From: an uncultured Alphaproteobacteria bacterium
GTDB lineage: Bacteria; Pseudomonadota; Alphaproteobacteria; Rs-D84
Length of the DNA stretch: 64,000 nt
Reading direction: 5' to 3'
NCBI GenBank assembly: GCA_944389185.1
Contig: CALXLL010000003.1
Location: forward strand, 12,754 to 76,753
The notes under the pieces were generated by a model that was given only the letters and a program-made list of their open reading frames with translations, did not search any database and had not been told where the DNA came from. Positions within the stretch are counted from its first letter, which is position 1. Every line of letters begins with the position of its first letter. Positions 1 to 7,847 of the stretch are shown one piece after another. The translations under genes were made by a program, and so were the position numbers.

Positions 1-154
1 TATCAAAACTTGCGGCTATGACATCGGAGTTTGGTAAATCTATTCTTTTAAAAAAAATCCCGTGTTTTTTAGACGGTTTAATAACTAAGTTAACAGGTAA
101 GCCTGAATGAATACCTTTTCCAGATAAAGATATCTTTTTTTTAATTGTTGTCAT
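1..154 (-). CDS. lpxC: UDP-3-O-acyl-GlcNAc deacetylase LpxC, N-terminal fragment (gene continues past window start)
   Basis: Hand translation of the minus strand from ATG (complement of 152-154) gives MTTIKKKISLSGKGIHSGLPVNLVIKPSKKHGIFFKRIDLPNSDVIAASFD, a typical LpxC N-terminus. Absent from the ORF track because it is cut by the window edge. Overlaps the lpxK stop. Confidence 0.75.
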   Translation of the reverse strand, partial: MTTIKKKISLSGKGIHSGLPVNLVIKPSKKHGIFFKRIDLPNSDVIAASFD

Positions 155-1058
155 TTAAAGCCTCTTTTAACCATACAAAAAAACTATCTTCTATTGTGGT
201 AATTAGTTTTGCATATAAAATCTGATTTTTAGCGTATTCAGGCAATCTTACCCAATCTTTTTCTGTTGTGATTAATCTAGCATTTTTTTGTTCGGCTAAA
301 TTAAACAAGTTTTCTAAATCTTTATCTGTATATTGATAGTGGTCTGGGAAAGATTTTGTAACGACGACATTTTTTAACATAGAAAAGAACTTTTTAGGAT
401 AACCAATACCCGCAAAAGCTATTAACTTATCAGATTCAGAACAAGGAAGTTCTAATTCATTATAAGCATAAAAAACTGGTATATTTTTGGGTATTTTTAT
501 TTTTCTTTTAACCTTTTGTTGTGATTTTATTATAAGGATTGCATTTGCTCTTTTCAGGGCAGTTTTGGTTTCACGCAAAGGTCCGGCAGGCAGCAAAAAA
601 CCATTTCCCATTCCCAGTTTTTCATCAAAAACGATTATAGATAAATCTTTTTGTATAGAAGGGTTTTGAAAACCGTCATCCATTACTATTGGTCCAATTT
701 TATTTTTCTGCTTATTTAATAAGATAAGATTTGATTTTCTATCGCCTACATGGACTTGCAATCCGGATTTTGCAAGCATCAAAGCTTCATCCCCTACCCC
801 ACCTGTTTTAAGGCTTTTTTTATAACCGCGCATAACAACTGGTGCGTCTAAGAAACCAGCAACCATACGAACGACAGGCGTTTTACCTACGCCACCTGCA
901 AAAATATTACCTATACAAACAACTGGTCTGCGTGATTTATAAGGTTTAATTTTTCTAAGCAAAAAGACAAACCGAGAGCCTAAAAAATACAAGAAAGAGA
1001 AAGGCAATAAAAGAAAAGCCAACGGCGTTTTATGTAAGAACCACCAAGGAGTTTTCAT
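141..1058 (-). CDS. lpxK: tetraacyldisaccharide 4'-kinase
   Basis: 305 aa. N-terminal membrane helix followed by the P-loop GNIFAGGVGKTP typical of LpxK. ATGA overlap with the upstream gene; adjacent to lpxC. Confidence 0.9.
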   Translation of the reverse strand: MKTPWWFLHKTPLAFLLLPFSFLYFLGSRFVFLLRKIKPYKSRRPVVCIGNIFAGGVGKTPVVRMVAGFLDAPVVMRGYKKSLKTGGVGDEALMLAKSGLQVHVGDRKSNLILLNKQKNKIGPIVMDDGFQNPSIQKDLSIIVFDEKLGMGNGFLLPAGPLRETKTALKRANAILIIKSQQKVKRKIKIPKNIPVFYAYNELELPCSESDKLIAFAGIGYPKKFFSMLKNVVVTKSFPDHYQYTDKDLENLFNLAEQKNARLITTEKDWVRLPEYAKNQILYAKLITTIEDSFFVWLKEALNDNN

Positions 1059-1843
1059 TTTCGTCCTTTATTTTTCATAATTTTTTTCATTTCTTTTTTA
1101 TGTTTTTTAAATTCGCCGGCAGTTAAATCTTGTTCAACTTGAAAAAGGTTAAAAGCCCCGTCTAATTCTCGCAACTGTTTAACCATAATATCTTCTATTT
1201 TTTTTCTTGTTTCTTCGAACTCATCTGGCGACGCTTTTGGATTAACGAAAATAGGTTCCCCTATTTTACAAGTAATAACTGAAAAGGGCAAAGCGACAAG
1301 ATACCTATCCCACCTATTTTGAAACCAAGAATGCGAACAAGAATAACAAACAGGGATAATTGGTGCCCCGGTCATCTTAGCAAAATATAAAGCCCCGTCT
1401 TGAACACGTAAAGAAGGTCCCCCAGGTCCGTCTGGTGACATACACATAGAAAATCTTCCGTCTTTAAGAACTCTAACCCCCTGTCTTAGGACAGAGATAC
1501 CGCCTTCTGAGGTGCTGCCATATATAGATTTAAGGCCGAAAAGTCGTTGTAATTTAGCCATCATTCTTCCGTCTTGATGTCTAGAAGCGACGGCATACGC
1601 GCGCATACCGCCCAAACAGACGATAGGTGAAAGCATCATACTACGTCCGTGCCAAAACACGAACACAGCGGGCTTTCTGCGGTATTGCTTAAAGACGTGC
1701 CAATTAGTAATTTTTTTACGGCAAGTAAAATAGACGAACCACATAGCGACAGCCATAAAAGCTGCGATTAACCATTGAATAAAAGGGAAACGTAGAACTG
1801 GTTCCCAGAAAGCTTTCCATAATTTTCTAAAAGTTTTATACAT
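1055..1843 (-). CDS. DUF374-type lysophospholipid acyltransferase-like protein
   Basis: 262 aa with an N-terminal TM helix. Family assignment is from overall sequence resemblance and the usual position directly upstream of lpxK in alphaproteobacteria. The stop TGA overlaps the lpxK ATG. Confidence 0.65.
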   Translation of the reverse strand: MYKTFRKLWKAFWEPVLRFPFIQWLIAAFMAVAMWFVYFTCRKKITNWHVFKQYRRKPAVFVFWHGRSMMLSPIVCLGGMRAYAVASRHQDGRMMAKLQRLFGLKSIYGSTSEGGISVLRQGVRVLKDGRFSMCMSPDGPGGPSLRVQDGALYFAKMTGAPIIPVCYSCSHSWFQNRWDRYLVALPFSVITCKIGEPIFVNPKASPDEFEETRKKIEDIMVKQLRELDGAFNLFQVEQDLTAGEFKKHKKEMKKIMKNKGRK

Positions 1844-1964
1844 ATACTACTCTATTTAATAACCAGCAAGGATTGTAGCAATAAAAAAAGCATAATTCAA
1901 GTAAGATAGGAAAAGAAGTTTTATGAATAAAACTATAAAAAAATAAAAAAAGAGCAAAAAAATC

Positions 1965-1993
1965 TTGACAAAAAGAGCAAAAAAGAGTAAACT
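1965..1993 (+). promoter_or_regulatory. sigma70-like promoter for tRNA-fMet
   Basis: TTGACA (1965-1970), 17-nt spacer, TAAACT (1988-1993), about 16 nt upstream of the tRNA 5' end. Confidence 0.45.
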
Positions 1994-2009
1994 GAACGAA
2001 GTTTTCTAT

Positions 2010-2086
<77 letters not shown>

Positions 2087-2099
2087 GTTAAATAAAAAG

Positions 2100-2128
2100 A
2101 CGCACCGAAAGGTGTGTTTTTTTATTTT
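2100..2128 (+). terminator. intrinsic terminator after tRNA-fMet
   Basis: ACGCACC-GAAA-GGTGTGT hairpin with a GNRA loop, followed by TTTTTTTATTTT. Confidence 0.7.
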
Positions 2129-2145
2129 AATGAGTTGCTGGATTT

Positions 2146-2232
2146 GAGCCACTGAAACAAAAGTGGTTCAACCGCAGCAAAAAGGCGGAATAACGCCGGT
2201 CGCCAGCAGGCGATTTTGCAAGGTGACGAAGT
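2146..2232 (+). other. tRNA-3'-end-associated hairpin-rich module, copy A (homologous to 57046-57143)
   Basis: Three hairpins: CCACT/AGTGG, GGCG/CGCC, TCGCC/GGCGA. They are separated by the blocks TTCAACCGCAG, GG and CAAGGTGACGAAG. The same architecture with compensatory stem changes is found after tRNA-Val at 57046-57143. Confidence 0.6.
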
Positions 2233-2252
2233 AAATCCATTCCCCGCAACCA
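2233..2252 (+). repeat. 20-nt direct repeat of the tRNA-fMet 3' end (copy of 2067-2086)
   Basis: AAATCCATTCCCCGCAACCA is identical at 2067-2086 (T-loop to CCA of the intact tRNA) and at 2233-2252. Confidence 0.9.
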
Positions 2253-2262
2253 AGATTCAAAC

Positions 2263-2284
2263 CGCAGAAATCTGCGTTTTTTTT
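2263..2284 (+). terminator. intrinsic terminator after the duplicated tRNA 3' end
   Basis: CGCAG-AAAT-CTGCG hairpin followed by a run of 8 T. Confidence 0.6.
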
Positions 2285-2451
2285 ATTACTTTAGTTTTCC
2301 CTAATTTTATCACTTTTATTCTGGGGCTACTCAGGGGCAACCCAAAATTCACTTTTTTTTACACTTTCTGCACACGCTTATTTCTTTATGCAATTCTTCA
2401 AGTTTCATTTTTTATATTTTTTCTATAATAATATCCAATTTTATACATAAT

Positions 2452-2796
2452 CTAGCAATCTTCACATCTTTTATACTCTATTTCCCAATCGTCTCGCTTT
2501 AATTTCAAAGTATCTTTATCTATACTTACTATTTCATATTCTTCCGTAAAATCTATCGTCTGATGATTACCTATACTTTTACCTTTTAATATCAGATTTC
2601 CATCTCTTTCTTCCCAGCTTTCATACTGTAATGTTGCCATATTTATTGATTCTGCACGCCCCCCTTGCTCTAAATAAAAACCTTGTTTTATATCAGGCAT
2701 ATTTGGAACAGGCTCTACCCATTTACCGTAAATGCTATTATCTTCACCGCAAGAGCATAAAATTAAACCTAAACCAAGTATAAAAAACTTTTTCAT
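2452..2796 (-). CDS. small hypothetical lipoprotein
   Basis: 114 aa. Signal peptide with a lipobox-like LILCSCG. No recognised catalytic motif. Resembles lipocalin-like lipoproteins only loosely. Confidence 0.6.
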   Translation of the reverse strand: MKKFFILGLGLILCSCGEDNSIYGKWVEPVPNMPDIKQGFYLEQGGRAESINMATLQYESWEERDGNLILKGKSIGNHQTIDFTEEYEIVSIDKDTLKLKRDDWEIEYKRCEDC

Positions 2797-2872
2797 ATTT
2801 TACCCTTTGTTTTAGTTTATTATACAATAATATTCTTGCGAATAAATATTATTTTTTTACTATATTATTACT

Positions 2873-3277
2873 ATGCATGCAGAAAAATTATCTTTATCTT
2901 TCGGAGTAAATCAAATCTATGATAACGCCGAATTTAATATTTTACCACAAGACAAAGTCGGTATAGTCGGCGTTAACGGTGCCGGTAAAACAACTCTATT
3001 TAAAATAATTCTTGGGCAAATAAAGCCAGATTCAGGCTATATAGACGTTGAAAATAAAACCATTGGATATTTACCTCAGCAGATAGAAATTAAAGATTCT
3101 GATATAACAGTATGGGATTTTTTATTAACAGCCAGACCTATTAAAGCTCTTGAAAAAAAGCAAAATGATTTATACGAAGACCTTTCAAAAAATCCCGAAG
3201 ATAAAGAACTTTTAAACAAATTATCAGATATACAAGAAGAACTTGAATATTATTATGCCCTGAATACGAAAGAATAA
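2873..3277 (+). pseudogene. 3'-truncated ABC-F family ATPase gene (first nucleotide-binding domain only)
   Basis: 134 aa with Walker A GVNGAGKTTLFKII and the ABC-F-like GYLPQQ. Full-length ABC-F proteins carry two ABC domains and are several-fold longer. The frame ends 4 bp from a convergent gene. Confidence 0.7.
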
Positions 3278-3281
3278 AAAA

Positions 3282-3893
3282 TCACTCAAAACATTTTTTT
3301 AAGGCGCTGTTATCATTATTTTCGTCTATCTTTTTATTTCTTATCTCTTCCGCTGCTTTTATCTTTTGTTTTATTAAAATTAAATCTGGATGAGCTTGTA
3401 ATTCTGCATTAAGCTCGCTAACTGCTGCATCTATATCTTCTTCGTTTCTAACGAATATAGGTGTTATTGAATCTGCGGCACTATATATAGAATCTTGTAA
3501 TTCTTTTTTATAATCGTCTATCACTGATAAATAAGCTCGTATATGCTGGTCTTCGTGGCCCAGAACCGCATCATATGCACAAGTATTCGGACTATGTCTT
3601 ATATCAATTTGAACTAAAAAATTACTATAACCAACAACAGCTTCAACGGATTTTAAAGCTACGCAATAACCGTCTTCTATATTCGTTATATCTGCAACTA
3701 TGTCATAATTATCCACCATAGTAGCTACTACATTACCATGTAAAAAATCCATTTCTTTAAGCGGTTGAACAACCTCTTTTGTCCAAATCGGTGTTTCTAT
3801 AAAAACTTTTGGATTTAATTTATAAGGCAAACAATCATCTGCCAGCGCAGGCATAACAAATAACACTAAAAAGAAACTTAAATAGCGCTTCAT
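3282..3893 (-). CDS. secreted hypothetical protein with HExxH motif (possible DUF922/COG5661-like Zn-protease)
   Basis: 203 aa. Cleavable-looking signal peptide (FVMPALA-DD). HEDQH motif in GHEDQHIRAY. Lies immediately downstream of virB4 on the same strand. Confidence 0.6.
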   Translation of the reverse strand: MKRYLSFFLVLFVMPALADDCLPYKLNPKVFIETPIWTKEVVQPLKEMDFLHGNVVATMVDNYDIVADITNIEDGYCVALKSVEAVVGYSNFLVQIDIRHSPNTCAYDAVLGHEDQHIRAYLSVIDDYKKELQDSIYSAADSITPIFVRNEEDIDAAVSELNAELQAHPDLILIKQKIKAAEEIRNKKIDENNDNSALKKCFE

Positions 3894-3902
3894 AATTATT
3901 TA

Positions 3903-6320
3903 TTATATATCACCTGCCCCCTGCTTTTTAAGATATTCTGCAACAAAATTATTTCCATAAGTTTTATATAACTCTTCAGCAAGCAATACAGACGAACGGC
4001 CAGATTCAAACAATCTTAATAAATTACCTAAACCACCCAGCTCTGTATTTAAAATTACAGATTCGTTATTAACAGGTCTTGATAATAAAACCGCTCTTTT
4101 CAAATTCGGATAAGCTTTACCTTGAATGAAAGCCATTTCCAAAGGATTCAAATTCCAATAAGAATAATCACTTGCATCTGCAGCAGGATTTCTGAAGAAC
4201 ATAACGGTCTGAGCCTGACCACGAACCACATCACCTATTCCAAGTTTATCAAGAACGTTTGCTCGCTGGAAAGCAACCATATAAGCCTGACGATTTTTTC
4301 TACCTTCTTGCAAACCAGTAATAAAACTGTCGCGGAACATTTTGTTTTCCAACATAGGCGCTGTTTCGTCAATCATAATCAAAGACGGATTACCGCCAGA
4401 AACAGTTATATTGTTAATTCTATGAAGAATATAAGATATAACTGCCGGAGCCAAAACTTCATCTTGTAAAATATCTGTAAAATCAAAAGTAGTAAGCCTT
4501 GAATACAAATCTAAAGTATCAGAATCTTCGTTAAAGATGTCACCATATTGTAACGGATCAACCCATTTTTTCAAAGCACTTCTCATATTACCGGAAGAAG
4601 AAAAACAACTTTCCCACAAGTTTTTCAGCATTCTATCTTTATCGGATAAATAATCAAAATTAACAGAAACTGCCCTTGCTATTTCATCAGCGGATAAAGC
4701 ATCTGTTTGACCTGAAATTATACTAAACCAACGACGTAAGAAAGCTCTATTTGCTGCAGAATCAGGCATTTTCAAAGGATTTAAATGGGTCAAGAAACTA
4801 TCTGCCAGTTTATCTTTTTCTTTATTCTGCATTGTGATGTATTTACCACCGACAGCCAAAGTAAATATTTCAGCACCTTTATTTCTATCAAAGAAGAAAG
4901 CTTTTAATTTAGGATGTCTTAAAGCTTGTGCTATCAAGAAAGAGAATAAAGTAGTTTTACCGCCACCCGTAGGACCAATTGTTAAAGTATGTCCGACGGC
5001 AGCAGGTTTATCAGAAACGTGGAATTGGAATTGATAAGGTGTTCCTTGCGCAGTTGGGAATATAACCAAAGGTCCTTCACCCCAATCAGAGTTTGTTATA
5101 CCGCTTGGTGTATTAGACATAGGTATACTGATAGCAGCAGTTTTTGACAACATCTTAAAGCTTCGTGGGAAAACGTCAAAACCAGGAATCAAAGCAAACC
5201 ACGAAACTTTTGCGGCATAAGTTTCAATTATTGGTGCAACACCAAACGAAGCAGCTATTTTCTTAAAGTCATTAATATATTGTAAAAGCTCTTCTTCTGT
5301 ATCACCGAACAAAACGAACAAAGGATAATAATTTACCATACTTTGATTACCGGAAACGTTTTCATCCATAGCTGATTGAGCTTCTGTAATTTGCTCTTCC
5401 GAAGTAGAGTTTTTCTTATCCGCCGTTGCAATTCTTTGACGAATAACTAAATCAATATCGGAACTTCCCATTATATGGAAAGCGTTCATACAAATCATTT
5501 CCGTTTGAACAGTTGTAACAAAATCATAAAAATCTTCATCTAAATAATCTGGTGACGTTTTGAAAGAAACCATAGCAGCATATTTATTATTACCGCCACT
5601 CATATATTTTACATAACCGCTTTTTAAGAACTCTACATCATCAACAGTCACAACATCGGACATATTCTGATTACATACAGCAGGTTTAGGTTTTGTGACA
5701 GGCGATAAAATACGACCAAAAAATCTTGCCATATTATTAATCGAATTATTTTTCATAACTTTCGGTTTATAGGCCGCCAAAATAGATTCTATATAATTAG
5801 TATATTGATTAAGTTTTTCTCTGTTATTATTACCTTTTACAGATAAAACTATGTAATATCTGTTAACAAAGATTTTTAAACCTTGTGAAGACCATTTATC
5901 GTATATTTTTTGTAAAACAGGTTGATCAAATTCATAATCTTTTTTTTGTTCTATTGCATCTCTGGTCATATAGAACCTAAGCACAACATTAGGGTCACGA
6001 ATTTGGTTAAATAATTGTGCCCTTAAATCAAGAAACTTTTTTTTCGTTTCATCGTCTTGCATACTTGTCTGCACGCCTTCTACAGAAAAGACGCGAACCA
6101 AAGAACCATCTTCAAGACTTACAGAATCATCATTATAAACCGTCTTAAAAGGTAAATATTCTGAATATTTAGTATATCCAAACGGTGGGAAAATCTTTTT
6201 CGTTAAAACGGGTAAATACAACATTAATACTATAAAAATGAAAACAACGGCCATAGCCAATACTGTTAAAGTTATTGGCAAAATACTACTTCCTGCAAAA
6301 TATTCAAAAAAACCGTTCAT
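3903..6320 (-). CDS. virB4: type IV secretion system ATPase VirB4
   Basis: 805 aa with Walker A GPTGGGKTT. Size and domain order are typical of VirB4/TrbE. Sits 1 bp downstream of virB3. Confidence 0.9.
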   Translation of the reverse strand: MNGFFEYFAGSSILPITLTVLAMAVVFIFIVLMLYLPVLTKKIFPPFGYTKYSEYLPFKTVYNDDSVSLEDGSLVRVFSVEGVQTSMQDDETKKKFLDLRAQLFNQIRDPNVVLRFYMTRDAIEQKKDYEFDQPVLQKIYDKWSSQGLKIFVNRYYIVLSVKGNNNREKLNQYTNYIESILAAYKPKVMKNNSINNMARFFGRILSPVTKPKPAVCNQNMSDVVTVDDVEFLKSGYVKYMSGGNNKYAAMVSFKTSPDYLDEDFYDFVTTVQTEMICMNAFHIMGSSDIDLVIRQRIATADKKNSTSEEQITEAQSAMDENVSGNQSMVNYYPLFVLFGDTEEELLQYINDFKKIAASFGVAPIIETYAAKVSWFALIPGFDVFPRSFKMLSKTAAISIPMSNTPSGITNSDWGEGPLVIFPTAQGTPYQFQFHVSDKPAAVGHTLTIGPTGGGKTTLFSFLIAQALRHPKLKAFFFDRNKGAEIFTLAVGGKYITMQNKEKDKLADSFLTHLNPLKMPDSAANRAFLRRWFSIISGQTDALSADEIARAVSVNFDYLSDKDRMLKNLWESCFSSSGNMRSALKKWVDPLQYGDIFNEDSDTLDLYSRLTTFDFTDILQDEVLAPAVISYILHRINNITVSGGNPSLIMIDETAPMLENKMFRDSFITGLQEGRKNRQAYMVAFQRANVLDKLGIGDVVRGQAQTVMFFRNPAADASDYSYWNLNPLEMAFIQGKAYPNLKRAVLLSRPVNNESVILNTELGGLGNLLRLFESGRSSVLLAEELYKTYGNNFVAEYLKKQGAGDI

Positions 6321-6321
6321 A

Positions 6322-6618
6322 TTAAGCTGCTAACCTTCTTGAAACCCTTTTTTTCAACAATTGTATTCTTGCGGATAATATTTGTCCAAGCTGCGGGTCT
6401 TTTTTAGAAAAAGCCGCTAAAATCATATGAACAACGCAAACCGACACCAAAAAATACAACGGACTTACAGGAGTATTTGTCTTATAAATCAACAAGCTTA
6501 TAACGAAAACTATTAAAAATACTATGAATTGCACGGCAAAATTAAGTATTGCAAGAGAATAAGGCACATAAAAAATACGTGCTGGATTTGCTAATGCTTT
6601 TAAGACTTGTTGTTTCAT
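6322..6618 (-). CDS. virB3: type IV secretion system protein VirB3
   Basis: 98 aa, two hydrophobic helices, directly upstream of virB4 as in P-type T4SS loci. Confidence 0.75.
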   Translation of the reverse strand: MKQQVLKALANPARIFYVPYSLAILNFAVQFIVFLIVFVISLLIYKTNTPVSPLYFLVSVCVVHMILAAFSKKDPQLGQILSARIQLLKKRVSRRLAA

Positions 6619-6657
6619 TTTGGCTAAACTCTCTCCTGCTTTTAGAAATTATAACAA

Positions 6658-6841
6658 TTTCAACAATTTTCAACAAGCATAAAAATCAAAATCTTTAATT
6701 TGTTAAATATGTTAAAAAAACATATTTTTTTAACGTGTTAATTATTTAAATAACTTTTCAACATATTTATAAAAAACCTTTAAAATTAAGAAAAAAATTG
6801 TTAATAAACTGTTTAAAAAAATATAAAAACCGTTTTCAACA
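6658..6841 (+). repeat. four copies of the octamer TTTCAACA in the virB3/rpmJ intergenic region
   Basis: TTTCAACA at 6658, 6668, 6756 and 6834, all in the same orientation. The first two copies are 10 bp apart. Confidence 0.5.
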
Positions 6842-6935
6842 TAATTAACAAGCCTAACAAAAACAACAAAAATATAATAAATATTTGATTTTTTGTAAAA
6901 AGCATTTATAATGACTGCACAAAAAGGATTTAGAT

Positions 6936-7070
6936 ATGAAATTTTTAAGTTCTTTAAAAGCTTGGAAAAAACGCGGTAATGTAAAGCAAATTCGCCGTGG
7001 TAAACAAGTTATTTTAATTGATCCAGATAATCCAAAGTTTAAAGCTAAACAAGGATTTAAGAAAAAATAA
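6936..7070 (+). CDS. rpmJ: 50S ribosomal protein L36 (type B)
   Basis: Hand-found 44-aa ORF MKFLSSLKAWKKRGNVKQIRRGKQVILIDPDNPKFKAKQGFKKK. It matches the non-zinc type-B L36 pattern (..SLK......R.G...VI...NP.FKA.QG). AAGGA Shine-Dalgarno upstream. Below the ORF-track size cutoff. Confidence 0.85.
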   Translation: MKFLSSLKAWKKRGNVKQIRRGKQVILIDPDNPKFKAKQGFKKK

Positions 7071-7127
7071 TTTTGCTTATTTGCAAAATAGGATTTTTAT
7101 GCTCAAAGGTTCTTTGGGCTTTTTTTA

Positions 7128-7847
7128 TTAAAATAAATCAGTTTCGTTTAAAAATGCTTCTTCAAGAACTTGTTTTACTTCTTGACCTGAAAGTCCCGCT
7201 TGTCTTAGATAATTTATTTGAAAATCTGTTGCTTGATAAATATAAGCGCTATGGTCAGCTTGATTAGGAATAGACTGTATTCTTTGAGCCGGCATAAATT
7301 GTATTTTTGCGCTTTTATCTGCCATTGCGCCAAAATTAATATCAGAAGTTGTATTTTCACAATTTTTATTAATAATTGCTGTTCCTGTTAGTTTTGTATA
7401 AGAATCTTTATGAGCAAGCAGTTTTGTTTTAACTATAATACTTGTATCAGATTTTTTATGTTCTGCCTTGCAGTCAATCGTTAAATCGGAATAATTTTGA
7501 CATATTATACTTGTTTTTATTTCAGATTTTTTACCGGTATTTTTTAATAAAACGTTTAAAAAAGCCGGTTTTTTATTTTGTATTTTTATACTGATAAAGA
7601 CCGGTTGGTTATCAGATAAAAGGTTTATATCTAAGTCATTTTGACCATATATTTCACCAACATAGATTATATGAACTGGTTTGTCATAAGTTTTATTTAT
7701 ATCTGTATATTCAATGGTAGAAAGTTCCGGCACAAAAGCACCGTTGCGAAAAACAAGAGTTTCCGCAGGGAAGGTTTTTATATTGAAATCTTTCCAAAGG
7801 TATGACATATTGTAAAACATTATAAAGGAAAAAATTATGGGATTCAA
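7128..7847 (-). CDS. SufD/SufB-family domain protein, stand-alone
   Basis: The C-terminal segment ADHSAYIYQATDFQINYLRQAGLSGQEVKQVLEEAFL parallels the SufD/SufB tail (.SHGAT.G.LDE..LFYL.SRGI...A..LL..AF). The true start is probably the internal Met at 7808, because the annotated start overlaps ychF. Confidence 0.55.
   Translation of the reverse strand: MNPIIFSFIMFYNMSYLWKDFNIKTFPAETLVFRNGAFVPELSTIEYTDINKTYDKPVHIIYVGEIYGQNDLDINLLSDNQPVFISIKIQNKKPAFLNVLLKNTGKKSEIKTSIICQNYSDLTIDCKAEHKKSDTSIIVKTKLLAHKDSYTKLTGTAIINKNCENTTSDINFGAMADKSAKIQFMPAQRIQSIPNQADHSAYIYQATDFQINYLRQAGLSGQEVKQVLEEAFLNETDLF

Noticed and set aside
2216-2428. 70-aa ORF on the plus strand spanning the duplicated tRNA 3' end.
   Set aside because: It has a non-ATG start and runs through the tRNA-fragment repeat and a terminator. 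The Phe/Leu-rich composition is typical of AT-rich non-coding DNA, and there is no Shine-Dalgarno.
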